A stretch of 20,458 nt of DNA, from the sequence record SRR20825006_2113; one strand, given 5' to 3'. Below are positions 1-9,658 of the stretch, piece by piece. The notes under the pieces were generated by a model, which did no database searches, had not been told where the DNA came from, and saw nothing but the letters and a program-made list of their open reading frames with translations. Each line of letters starts with the position of its first letter. The first letter of the stretch is position 1. Both the position numbers and the translations under genes were made by a program.

Positions 1-675
1 TTTCCAAGCAATCAGATTTCTCCATTTAAAACTCCAGAATTATTTGAAGCTGCTAAAAACTCATTGAAGTACAGAGGAGACGAATCTACAGGTTGGTCTA
101 TGGGGTGGAAGGTTAACTTGTGGGCGCGGTTACAAGATGGCAATCACGCTTATAAATTATTACAAGATCAGTTGAGTCTGGTTTTACCAGAACAGCGAAA
201 AGGTGGTGGTACTTATCCTAATATGTTAGATGCCCATCAACCCTTTCAGATTGATGGAAACTTCGGTTGTACTGCGGGTATTGCAGAAATGTTGATGCAA
301 AGTCATGAAGGAGCGATTCATCTTTTACCATCATTGCCAGATGTCTGGAGTGAAGGTGAGATTACAGGTTTAATTGCCAGAGGGGGATATGAGATAGACT
401 TAAGCTGGAAAAATAATAAGATTTCAAAAATATCACTAAAGGCTAAGTACGATGGCAATTGTAGAATACGATCAAAAACGGCTTTGAAAGGGAACAACGG
501 TAAAAGTCTAAAACGAGCTAATGGATCAAATCCTAATGCGTTCTTGTATGAAGTAATAGTTAAAGAACCCATTATTTCAGCAGAAGCAGATTTGGATAAA
601 GTAAAGCTTCCGCGGTATTATGAATACGATGTACCGGTAAAAGCTGGAGAAACTTACACCTTTTATGGCAATTAA
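1..675 (+). CDS. GH95 alpha-L-fucosidase/alpha-L-galactosidase, C-terminal part (5' truncated by the window edge)
   Basis: Frame 1 is open from base 1 ([37 protein letters not shown]), so the TTG at 64 is not a real start. GH95 motifs [32 protein letters not shown] and LLPSLP..W..G.I.GL.ARGG are present. Confidence 0.93.
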   Translation, partial: FPSNQISPFKTPELFEAAKNSLKYRGDESTGWSMGWKVNLWARLQDGNHAYKLLQDQLSLVLPEQRKGGGTYPNMLDAHQPFQIDGNFGCTAGIAEMLMQSHEGAIHLLPSLPDVWSEGEITGLIARGGYEIDLSWKNNKISKISLKAKYDGNCRIRSKTALKGNNGKSLKRANGSNPNAFLYEVIVKEPIISAEADLDKVKLPRYYEYDVPVKAGETYTFYGN

Positions 676-685
676 AAGATTAAAA

Positions 686-2254
686 ATGAAATTCAGAATT
701 CAGTCAATTTTTTTAATTGCAATACTTTGCTTCAGTGCATTTTTAAGTAGTTGTAAAACATCAGCCACTGCTCAGAGCCAAAATTTTTCAACAGTATTAA
801 ACGCAAATGATTTCGAGCATTATGCAGTGTATTTCAATACGATGGAAGATGAAAATATTGCGAAAGCGATCCCCAATGAAAAATCTTGGGAATGGATGAA
901 ACAAAATATTCCATTATTTGAGTGTCCTCAACAAAATTTTGAAGAAATCTATTACTACAGATGGTGGACAGCCCGTAAACATATTACAGAGACTCCTCAG
1001 GGGTTTGCTATAACCGAATTTCTGGTAGAACGCTCCTATGCTGATAAATACAATTTGATCAGCTGTGCGTTGGGGCATCATATAAATGAGTTTCGCTGGT
1101 TGCACAATCCTGAATATATTGAACAAGACGTGCATTTATGGTATCGAGGAAATGAAGGTGGTCGGATGAAAAAACTGAGAACATTTAGTAGCTGGACCGC
1201 AAATGCATTATACAGCAGGTATCTGGTTAATAAAGATGAAGAATTTCTATTAGATATGTATCCTGATCTGGTTGATGAATATGCAGCTTGGGAAGGTGAC
1301 AGAAAACGTACTGATGGATTATTCTGGCAACACGATGTAAAAGATGGAATGGAAGAATCACTCAGCGGTGGTCGTCATGTGCGTAACGCACGCCCTACAA
1401 TAAATAGTTATATGTATGGTAACGCCAGAGCTTTGGCTAAAATGGCAAATTTAAAGGGAGATAATGCTGATGCAACATATTTTGAAGCTAAAGCAGATAC
1501 CCTGCAAAAACTTGTAGAAAGTAAATTGTGGAATGCAAAAGATGAATTTTTTGAAACTTTTACAGAAAAGGATACTTCTGCACACGTGCGTGAGGCAATA
1601 GGGTTTATCCCTTGGTATTTTAATTTACCTGAGGCCAATAAAGGTTTTGAAAAAGCCTGGGAGCAATTTAATGATAAAGATGGGTTTTGTGCCCCTTTTG
1701 GTACGACAACGGCCGAAATGAGAAGTCCGCGATTTAGAAGTCACGGTACTGGAACCTGCGAATGGGACGGTGCAGTATGGCCTTTTGCCACTTCACAAAC
1801 CTTAACAGCTCTTAGTAATGTGTTGAACAATTATGATCAGAATGTGGTTAATACTACTGATTATTTTAGAGAGCTTAATAAATATGTAGAATCTCAATAT
1901 TATAGAGGTAGACCGTATATAGGAGAGTACCTTGATGAATCTACAGGATACTGGTTAATGGGAGACCGGGAGCGCAGTAGATATTATAATCATTCGACAT
2001 TTAATGATTTAATAATTACCGGTCTTGTAGGCCTACGACCCAGAGCAGATGATAAAATTGAAGTGAATCCGCTAATTCCGCAAGACAAATGGGATTGGTT
2101 CTGTTTAGATAATGTTTTGTATCACGGCGATATACTAACAATACTTTGGGATAAAACCGGTGAAAAATACAATAGAGGCAAAGGGTTTAAGATTTTCAGA
2201 AATGGAATTGAGATTGCTTCCAAAGAACATTTAGAACGCATACTTACAAAGTAA
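686..2254 (+). CDS. GH142-like beta-L-arabinofuranosidase, (alpha/alpha)6 barrel, stand-alone lipoprotein
   Basis: The segments NIPLFECPQQNFEEIYYYRWW, TEFLVERSYADKYNLISCALGHH, DGMEESLSGG, ARPTINSYMYGNA and CEWDGAVWPFATSQTL closely match my recollection of the C-terminal GH142 module of B. thetaiotaomicron BT1020. The ATG at 686 is preferred over 665 because it avoids overlap with GH95 and gives a clean lipoprotein signal (MKFRIQSIFLIAILCFSAFLSS-C). Confidence 0.8.
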   Translation: MKFRIQSIFLIAILCFSAFLSSCKTSATAQSQNFSTVLNANDFEHYAVYFNTMEDENIAKAIPNEKSWEWMKQNIPLFECPQQNFEEIYYYRWWTARKHITETPQGFAITEFLVERSYADKYNLISCALGHHINEFRWLHNPEYIEQDVHLWYRGNEGGRMKKLRTFSSWTANALYSRYLVNKDEEFLLDMYPDLVDEYAAWEGDRKRTDGLFWQHDVKDGMEESLSGGRHVRNARPTINSYMYGNARALAKMANLKGDNADATYFEAKADTLQKLVESKLWNAKDEFFETFTEKDTSAHVREAIGFIPWYFNLPEANKGFEKAWEQFNDKDGFCAPFGTTTAEMRSPRFRSHGTGTCEWDGAVWPFATSQTLTALSNVLNNYDQNVVNTTDYFRELNKYVESQYYRGRPYIGEYLDESTGYWLMGDRERSRYYNHSTFNDLIITGLVGLRPRADDKIEVNPLIPQDKWDWFCLDNVLYHGDILTILWDKTGEKYNRGKGFKIFRNGIEIASKEHLERILTK

Positions 2255-2266
2255 GAATTAATACTT

Positions 2267-5011
2267 ATGAGAATCATAATAGGAGTAATTGCACTGTTTT
2301 TTACAAGCTTGATTTACGCGCAAAGCAAAATTGAGGTTGTAGGTCTGCAATGCGAAATGCTCACAAACCCTTTAGGAATTGATGTAGTCAATCCCAGATT
2401 GAGCTGGAAGTTTGAAACTTCAGTATCTAATATAAAACAGCAGGCATATCAAATTCTTGTAGCATCAACTCCAGAGAAATTAAAAGCAAATGATCCTGAT
2501 TTGTGGGACAGTGGTAAAGTGCAAAGCGATGCGTCTTTAAATGTAGTTTATAGCGGGAAAGTGCTTGATAGCAAAATGGAAGCCTTTTGGAAAGTTAAGG
2601 CTTGGACCAATAAAGGAGAAACTAATTGGAGTGAGCCTGCACATTGGAGTATGGGAATTCTCACTTATGCAGAATGGAAATCAACGCGTTGGATTGGTTA
2701 TAATCAATTGTTTCCAGGTGATCGTGTGAGTCAGTTCTCAAAACTTGCAGCACGGTATATACGCAAAAATATAATCTTGGAAAAACCCATCAAAGACGCT
2801 AAGGTATATATAATGGGGATGGGGCTTTATGAGCTTTATATAAATGGTAAGAAGATTGGCGATCAGGTTTTAGCACCAGTTCCTACTGATTACACCAAGA
2901 ACGTGAAATATAATGTCTTTGATGTAACCAAAGAATTAAATATTGGGAAAAATACAATCGGTTCCATTTTAGGAAACGGAAGATTTTTTGCCATGCGTCA
3001 AGAATACAAACCATATAAAATTAAAAGTTTTGGGTTTCCTAAAATGGCGTTGCAGCTTGATATCAGGTATACAGATGGAAGTTCAGAAACGATCAAAACA
3101 GACGAGAGTTGGAAGTTTACAGCTAATGGACCTATACGAGCGAACAATGAATATGATGGCGAGATCTATGATGCGCGCAAAGAATTATCAAATTGGAACG
3201 ATATAAATTTTGATGATTCTAGCTGGAAAAATCTTAAGTGGGTTCAGGAACCCGGTGGTTTTTACGAAGGACAAATGACTCCTAATATGAAAGTCAAGGA
3301 CACCGTTATTCCTACTAGTATCAAAGCTACAAATAGCGGCTCTTATATTTTAGATATGGGGCAAAATATGGTGGGTTGGCTACAGCTCAAATTAGAAGGT
3401 AAGAGAGGAGATGAGATAACAATGAAGTTTGCAGAATCTTTAAAAGAAGACGGTACATTATATACAGCGAATCTAAGAGATGCGCGCTCAACTGACACCT
3501 ATATTTTAAATGGAAATGGAACTGAGATTTGGGAGCCTAGATTTGTATATCACGGTTTCCGTTTTGTTGAAATTACCGGTTTATCTTCTAAACCTAAGCT
3601 CTCTAATTTTTTAGGAAAAGTTGTTTATGACGATATAAAAACTGTAGGTTTTTTTGAATCCTCAGACGAGACGATGAATCAGGTATTTAAAAATGCTTAT
3701 TGGGGAATTCGGGGTAATTATAAAGGCATTCCTATTGATTGTCCGCAACGAAATGAGCGCCAGCCGTGGCTAGGTGATAGAACCACAGGCGCTTACGGGG
3801 AAAGTTTCATATTTGATAATCAGACATTATATGCTAAATGGTTAGACGATATCAACTATGCACAGACTCAGGATGGCGGCATTCCAGATGTTGCGCCGGC
3901 TTTTTGGCGTTATTATGGAGATGGAGTAACCTGGCAGGGAACCTACATAACTGTAGCAGATATGCTGTACCAGCAGTATGGCGATGTAGCTAGTATAAAA
4001 AAACATTATCCCTCTATGAAGAAGTGGATTATGTATATGGAAGCTAACTACTTGAAGCAAGATCTTATAGCAAAAGATAAATATGGGGACTGGTGCGTAC
4101 CACCAGAATCACTTGAGATCATTAGATCAAAAGATCCATCACGTTTAACAGATGGTGAGGTTTTATCAAGTGCCTTTTATTATCATCTGTTGAAATTGAT
4201 GGAGAAATTTGCAGTATTGATAGATGCAGATCCTGTGGACATTGTCCATTATCAAAATCTTTCTGAAAGGATTAAAAAAGCGTTTAATACTAAGTTCCTA
4301 GATAAAGACCATTTAGTTTACGCTAATAATACAGTAACTGCAAATGTACTTCCACTTGCTTTTGGGATGGTTCCTAAGGAATATGAGCAAGAGGTTTTTG
4401 AGAATATGACTCATGAAATCGAGGTGACAAAAAACAGCCACATCAGTACTGGTGTTGTAGGAACTCAGTTTTTAATGCGCACACTTACCAAGTTTGGAAG
4501 AGGAGATCTCGCTTACACGCTCGCATCAAATAAAACCTATCCGAGTTGGGGTTATATGGCAGAAAATGGAGCTACTACAATTTGGGAACTTTGGAATGGG
4601 AATACCGCCGATCCTGAAATGAACTCTCAGAATCACGTGATGCTTCTTGGAGATTTGATGATTTGGTATTTTGAAAATATGGCCGGCATAAAATCAGACC
4701 CTAACAACCCCGGTTTCAAGAGAATTATCATGAAACCTGATTTTAACGCAGGTTTGAAGTTTGTTAATGCATCTTATCATTCTGGTTATGGGGAGATCAA
4801 AAGTAACTGGAAATTGAAAAAGAACAATTTGAGCTGGGAGATAAGCATTCCACCTAATTCTTCGGCTGAAATTCACGTACCAGTTTCAAAAAATTCTCAA
4901 ATAAAAATCAATAATCAACCACTAGGTACTTCGGTGACAGCTATTCAAAATCAGGAAGAGTCTCTAGTATTTGAGTTACCGTCCGGAGATTACAGCATCT
5001 TAATAAATTAA
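2267..5011 (+). CDS. GH78 alpha-L-rhamnosidase
   Basis: N-terminal CEMLTNPLGID..NPRLSW and LWDSGKV, then LDMGQNMVGW, PRFVYHGFRFVE, catalytic-region PIDCPQRNERQPWLGD, GATTIWELW and MNSQNHVMLLG. Sec/SPI signal ending ...LIYA-Q. Confidence 0.96.
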   Translation: MRIIIGVIALFFTSLIYAQSKIEVVGLQCEMLTNPLGIDVVNPRLSWKFETSVSNIKQQAYQILVASTPEKLKANDPDLWDSGKVQSDASLNVVYSGKVLDSKMEAFWKVKAWTNKGETNWSEPAHWSMGILTYAEWKSTRWIGYNQLFPGDRVSQFSKLAARYIRKNIILEKPIKDAKVYIMGMGLYELYINGKKIGDQVLAPVPTDYTKNVKYNVFDVTKELNIGKNTIGSILGNGRFFAMRQEYKPYKIKSFGFPKMALQLDIRYTDGSSETIKTDESWKFTANGPIRANNEYDGEIYDARKELSNWNDINFDDSSWKNLKWVQEPGGFYEGQMTPNMKVKDTVIPTSIKATNSGSYILDMGQNMVGWLQLKLEGKRGDEITMKFAESLKEDGTLYTANLRDARSTDTYILNGNGTEIWEPRFVYHGFRFVEITGLSSKPKLSNFLGKVVYDDIKTVGFFESSDETMNQVFKNAYWGIRGNYKGIPIDCPQRNERQPWLGDRTTGAYGESFIFDNQTLYAKWLDDINYAQTQDGGIPDVAPAFWRYYGDGVTWQGTYITVADMLYQQYGDVASIKKHYPSMKKWIMYMEANYLKQDLIAKDKYGDWCVPPESLEIIRSKDPSRLTDGEVLSSAFYYHLLKLMEKFAVLIDADPVDIVHYQNLSERIKKAFNTKFLDKDHLVYANNTVTANVLPLAFGMVPKEYEQEVFENMTHEIEVTKNSHISTGVVGTQFLMRTLTKFGRGDLAYTLASNKTYPSWGYMAENGATTIWELWNGNTADPEMNSQNHVMLLGDLMIWYFENMAGIKSDPNNPGFKRIIMKPDFNAGLKFVNASYHSGYGEIKSNWKLKKNNLSWEISIPPNSSAEIHVPVSKNSQIKINNQPLGTSVTAIQNQEESLVFELPSGDYSILIN

Positions 5012-5033
5012 AGAACCGTATTATAAAAAAACT

Positions 5034-6968
5034 ATGAAAACAGTCTGTAAACTTTTGATTTTAATAATTATTGGTGTTTTGAGCAGCTGCAAGGATAATC
5101 AAGAAGCACAAGTGAAAAAACAGGAAACCGCTCTGGCAGATAAAACCTGGAAAGAAGGGATTGTTACCGAAGAGTATATATACAAATCAGCACCGTATCC
5201 ATCTGCTCACGCAGCAACCATTGCAGAAACAACTTCTGGAGATTTAATTGCAGCCTGGTTTGGTGGCACCAATGAGCGTGATCCTGATGTGGGCATTTGG
5301 GTAAGTAAACGTAAAAATAATCAATGGACAGAAGGTGTTGAAGTAGCCAATGGCGTTGTAAATGATACGTTACGATACCCTAGCTGGAATCCAGTTTTAT
5401 ATCAGATTCCGGATGGAGATTTAATGTTATTTTATAAGGTAGGTCCACATCCTTCAACTTGGTGGGGTATGTTGATAAGATCTTCAGACGGCGGAGAAAC
5501 TTGGTCCGAACCCGAAGAACTTCCGAAAGGTTATTTAGGACCAATTAAAAACAAACCGGTTTTATTAGAAAGCGGAAAACTTATACTTCCTTCAAGTGTT
5601 GAAGGGAACGGGTGGAATTTAAAAATGGAATCCACACCAGATTTTGGCAAAACCTGGAATACTACAGACACTATTCCGGAAGGAAATCAGGAAATTCAAG
5701 CAATTCAACCCAGTATTTTAATTCACGAGAATGGAAAATTACAAGCCATCGGTCGTACTAAGAACAGAGCATTATTTTCTACTTGGTCGGAAGATGATGG
5801 AGAAACTTGGTCTGAACTTGATTTATTGAACGTCCCTAATAACAATTCGGGTACTGACGCTGTGACGTTAAAAAACGGAAGACATGCTTTAATCTATAAT
5901 CATGTTTTACCAGAAGATGGAGCCTATAAAAGCTACCGTTCTCCACTTAACATTGCGATTTCAGAGGATGGTACCAATTGGAATGCAGCTTTAGTGTTAG
6001 AAGATTCAAAAATAAGTCAGTATTCCTATCCTGCTATTATACAGGGATCAGACGGTATGTTGCATTGCGTGTACACGTGGAGACGGCAACGTATTAAATA
6101 TGTAAAGATAGATCCTGAAAAATTGATCACATTTCCTATTGAAAATGGCGAGTGGCCAGGCCCAGAAAAAGATCGATATCAGATAGGTGTTTGTGATTGG
6201 ATGATTCTTAAAAGACAAAAATTAAGTGCCTTTAAACTGGCTTCAGAAATTAATGCAGATGGTATTGAGTTGGACATGGGAGGTTTGGGTGATCGCGAAA
6301 CTTTTGACAGTAAATTGGGAGACCTTGAAGAACGCAAAAAGTTTTTACACGCTTCAGATACTACTGGGGTAAGTATAAGTTCTATAGCCATGTCTGGTTT
6401 CTACGCACAATCTTTTGCAGAGCGACCAACATATCAAAAAATGGTTAATGATTGTATAGAGACGATGAAAAATATGAACGTTCCTATCGCTTATTTACCA
6501 TTAGGAACCGAAAGTGATCTAATCAAGCATCCTGAACTGAGACCTGCTGTCGTTGAGCGGTTAAGGTGGGCGGGAGAAGAAGTCAATAAAATTGATGGGG
6601 TTATCGCTATTGAAACTTCATTGGATGCTGCGGGAGAAAAGAAACTCCTAGAAGAAATAGGTAATCGAAACATTAAAATATCCTTCAATTTCGCTAACGC
6701 TGTAGATAATGGTAGAGATATTTCAAAAGAGTTGAAAATTTTAGGAAGGGATAATATTGCACAAATACACGCTTCTACTACAGATGGAGTATGGCTTGAG
6801 AATAACAATGACCTTGATGTGCCTAAAATAAAACAGACGCTAGATAAAATGCACTGGAAGGGGTGGTTGATCGTAGAACGCTCTCGTGATACTTCTATGG
6901 TGCGAGATGTAAAAGGTAATTATGGTGCCAATGTAGCGTATTTAAAGAAGGTTTTTAAAGGAGAATAA
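5034..6968 (+). CDS. Bimodular lipoprotein: GH33/BNR-repeat sialidase-like propeller (probable Kdo hydrolase, about aa 38-375) fused to a xylose-isomerase-like (AP_endonuc_2) TIM barrel (about aa 381-644)
   Basis: Lipobox VLSS-C. Propeller motifs SAHAATIAET, AAWFGGTNE, GPIKNKP and YSYPAIIQ. Four Asp-boxes: SSDGGETW, STPDFGKTW, SEDDGETW, SEDGTNW. After WPGPEKD the sequence switches to YQIGVCDW, DGIELDMG, IAIETSL, QIHA and GWLIVER, the strand pattern of sugar-phosphate isomerase/epimerase TIM barrels. Confidence 0.85.
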   Translation: MKTVCKLLILIIIGVLSSCKDNQEAQVKKQETALADKTWKEGIVTEEYIYKSAPYPSAHAATIAETTSGDLIAAWFGGTNERDPDVGIWVSKRKNNQWTEGVEVANGVVNDTLRYPSWNPVLYQIPDGDLMLFYKVGPHPSTWWGMLIRSSDGGETWSEPEELPKGYLGPIKNKPVLLESGKLILPSSVEGNGWNLKMESTPDFGKTWNTTDTIPEGNQEIQAIQPSILIHENGKLQAIGRTKNRALFSTWSEDDGETWSELDLLNVPNNNSGTDAVTLKNGRHALIYNHVLPEDGAYKSYRSPLNIAISEDGTNWNAALVLEDSKISQYSYPAIIQGSDGMLHCVYTWRRQRIKYVKIDPEKLITFPIENGEWPGPEKDRYQIGVCDWMILKRQKLSAFKLASEINADGIELDMGGLGDRETFDSKLGDLEERKKFLHASDTTGVSISSIAMSGFYAQSFAERPTYQKMVNDCIETMKNMNVPIAYLPLGTESDLIKHPELRPAVVERLRWAGEEVNKIDGVIAIETSLDAAGEKKLLEEIGNRNIKISFNFANAVDNGRDISKELKILGRDNIAQIHASTTDGVWLENNNDLDVPKIKQTLDKMHWKGWLIVERSRDTSMVRDVKGNYGANVAYLKKVFKGE

Positions 6969-6985
6969 ATAGAAAAATTTATTTA

Positions 6986-9658
6986 ATGAAATATTTGAGT
7001 TTACTACTTACTGTATTTATACTATCGTGCAGTTCAAAAAATAAAATAACCATTGTAAATGACCAACAGTCACCAAGAATCAACTTTGGGATTGAAAAAC
7101 TTACCGAAGCCTTAAAAGCTCAAGAATATGAAGTAACGCTTTCTGCAGAAAAACCCGATCAGGAAAACTATATTTTAATTGCAGAAGAATCTGATTCACT
7201 AGACAAAGAAGGTTTTAAAATTCATTCGGATGACAATGATATTACGATTTCGGGAGCTGACCCTTCCGGAACTTTATACGGTATTTTAGAACTAGCAGAT
7301 CAAATAACAGAAGCTGGATCAATACCTGAATCGATCAATTTAATTGACAAGCCCGAAATGGTTTTACGTGGAACCTGTATCGGTCTCCAAAAAACTACAT
7401 ATTTAGAAGGCAGAGGTGTTTATGAGTATCCTTATACTCCTGAAAATTTTCCGTGGTTTTATGATAAAGGCTTATGGATCGAATATCTAGACATGATGGT
7501 AGATAACCGGTTGAACTCTCTCTATCTCTGGAACGGGCATCCATTTGCTTCATTAGTTAAATTAGATGATTATCCTTTTGCAGTTGAAGTGAGTGATGAA
7601 GACTTTAAAAAAAATGAGGAGATCTTTCGATTTATTACGGAAGAGGCTGATAAGCGTGGAATCTGGGTAATACAAATGTTTTATAATATTATTGTTTCAA
7701 AACCTTTTGCTGAACATTATGGTATTGAAACTCAGGATCGCTCAAGACCTATTACGCCAGTAATAGCAGATTATACGCAAAAATCGATAGCTGCCTTTGT
7801 AGAAAAATATCCTAATGTTGGGCTTTTGGTAGCTTTGGGAGAAGCTATGAACACGGTAGATGACGATGTAGAATGGTTTACTAAAACTGTTATTCCAGGA
7901 GTCCAAGACGGTTTAAAGGCAATAGGGAGTACCGAAGAACCTCCAATTATTTTAAGAGCTCACGATACAGATGCACCGTTGGTTATGGAGAAAGCTCTTC
8001 CGCTTTATAAAAACCTCTACACGACACACAAATATAACGGCGAGTCACTAACAACGTATCAACCCAGAGGGCCTTGGTCAGAAATTCATAAAAAGCTCAG
8101 TTCACTGGGCTCAACACATATTTCTAACGTACACATTCTTGCCAATCTTGAACCCTTTAGATATGGTTCTCCAGATTTTATTCAGAAAAGCGTACAAGCT
8201 ATGCACGAGGTACATGGTGCTAACGCCTTGCATTTGTATCCACAAACATCATACTGGGATTGGCCTTATGCTCCTGATAATACAGAACCCCGTTTACTGG
8301 AAATGAATCGGGATTGGATTTGGTATAAAGCCTGGTCGCGTTATGCGTGGAAAAGCAATAGAGATCGAAATGATGAAATTAGTTTCTGGAGTAAACAACT
8401 GTCTGATATGTATGGAACCGATCAGGAGTCTGGTTCTCAAATATTACAGGCTTATGAAGAAGCAGGAGAAATTGCTCCTAAAACTTTACGGCGCTTTGGT
8501 ATTACTGAAGGTAATCGCCAGACCTTACTTCTTGGTATGTTTGAAAGCCAGCTGGTAAATCCCTACAAATGGCGAGTATATCCCGGTTTTTACGAATCTT
8601 GTGGACCAGTGGGAGAAATACTTATTGAGTATGCAAAAAAAGAATGGGAAAATCAGCCGCACGAGGGAGAAACACCTGTTCAGATTATAGATGAAATTGT
8701 TGCCCACGGTAAAAAAGCCGTTGAAGCAATAGACAAAGCTGAAAAAGCAGTCTCTGATAACAAATCAGAATTCAAAAGGCTTCAGAATGATATGTATTGT
8801 TATGATGCCTTTGCTAATTTTTTCTCCGAAAAAGTAAAGGCTGCTCTTTTAGTGCTACGCTATAGTTATTCAAATGAAATTACAGATTTAGATAAAGCGC
8901 TTCCGCATCTGGAACAAAGTTTAGCCTATTACGAGAAGCTGGTTAATCTAACGAAAGATTCATATTTATATGCTAACAGTATGCAAACGGCGCAACGCAG
9001 AATTCCTATTGGCGGTGATGACGGAAATAACAAGACCTGGAACGAATTATTACCACATTACGAGCGGGAACTGGCCAATTTCAAAAGAAATATAGAGCGT
9101 TTAAAGGCTTCTAAAAATGGGGAAATAGATCGAGTTGTAGAGGAGCCTTGGCAACCTGTTGAAGTTGAATTGTTGACAAAGAATAAAGGCTTTTATAGCT
9201 TAAAATCAGGTACTCAGATCTATAATGATGAAGGTGCTGTTTTAGAAAAAATAGCTCCGGAATTGCAGAATTTAAAAGGCTTGAAATTTATTGCAGATTC
9301 TCAAAATAAACATGGAACTAAAATTCAGTTTAAAACTGATAAGCCGGTAAAATTGATCATCGGCTACTTCAATACTGATCAGAAGCGGTTTCTGTTTCCG
9401 CCCAGCCTAGAGACTAATGCAGCCGGAAACACGCACGGAGAAGCAGAAGTGATTCTTGCCAATGCCATTACTTTAAAAGATTTGCCCCGTATAAACATTC
9501 ATGCCTATAGCTACGGGCCTGGTGAACATACGCTGTCATTAGGAAAAGGTAGAGTTTTAGTATTAGGCTTTATAAATGCTAATGATGCAGAAACATCGCG
9601 TGATGTGGGCTTTGTGGGTAAAGATGAGAAAGAAGCGGTAGACTGGTTATTCTATTAA
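6986..9658 (+). CDS. GH138 alpha-D-galacturonidase (BT0997-like), lipoprotein
   Basis: VYEYPYTPENFPWFYDK, NSLYLWNGHPFASLVKL, LGEAM, LRAHDTD, HKYNGESLTTY and NVHILANLEPFR match my recollection of BT0997, and the length (890 aa) fits. An N-terminal GH20/GH67-type domain-2 segment (EGFKI...ITISGADPSGTLYG) is present. Lipobox FILS-C. Confidence 0.88.
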   Translation: MKYLSLLLTVFILSCSSKNKITIVNDQQSPRINFGIEKLTEALKAQEYEVTLSAEKPDQENYILIAEESDSLDKEGFKIHSDDNDITISGADPSGTLYGILELADQITEAGSIPESINLIDKPEMVLRGTCIGLQKTTYLEGRGVYEYPYTPENFPWFYDKGLWIEYLDMMVDNRLNSLYLWNGHPFASLVKLDDYPFAVEVSDEDFKKNEEIFRFITEEADKRGIWVIQMFYNIIVSKPFAEHYGIETQDRSRPITPVIADYTQKSIAAFVEKYPNVGLLVALGEAMNTVDDDVEWFTKTVIPGVQDGLKAIGSTEEPPIILRAHDTDAPLVMEKALPLYKNLYTTHKYNGESLTTYQPRGPWSEIHKKLSSLGSTHISNVHILANLEPFRYGSPDFIQKSVQAMHEVHGANALHLYPQTSYWDWPYAPDNTEPRLLEMNRDWIWYKAWSRYAWKSNRDRNDEISFWSKQLSDMYGTDQESGSQILQAYEEAGEIAPKTLRRFGITEGNRQTLLLGMFESQLVNPYKWRVYPGFYESCGPVGEILIEYAKKEWENQPHEGETPVQIIDEIVAHGKKAVEAIDKAEKAVSDNKSEFKRLQNDMYCYDAFANFFSEKVKAALLVLRYSYSNEITDLDKALPHLEQSLAYYEKLVNLTKDSYLYANSMQTAQRRIPIGGDDGNNKTWNELLPHYERELANFKRNIERLKASKNGEIDRVVEEPWQPVEVELLTKNKGFYSLKSGTQIYNDEGAVLEKIAPELQNLKGLKFIADSQNKHGTKIQFKTDKPVKLIIGYFNTDQKRFLFPPSLETNAAGNTHGEAEVILANAITLKDLPRINIHAYSYGPGEHTLSLGKGRVLVLGFINANDAETSRDVGFVGKDEKEAVDWLFY

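Noticed and set aside
64-66. TTG start of the 203-aa ORF
   Set aside because: The frame is open back to base 1 with GH95-like sequence, so the gene starts upstream of the window.
665-685. ATG at 665 as the GH142 start
   Set aside because: It overlaps the GH95 end and adds 7 residues in front of an already complete signal peptide. The ATG at 686 follows a typical A-rich leader.
5012-5033. Possible frameshift or pseudogenisation splitting a GH78-GH33 fusion
   Set aside because: GH78 has a complete C-terminal domain and GH33 has its own start and lipoprotein signal, so both genes look intact.
5034-6158. Calling the GH33 module a host-glycan sialidase or virulence factor
   Set aside because: The context is pectin/RG-II enzymes with no nan genes in the window, so a Kdo hydrolase is the more economical reading, though untested.
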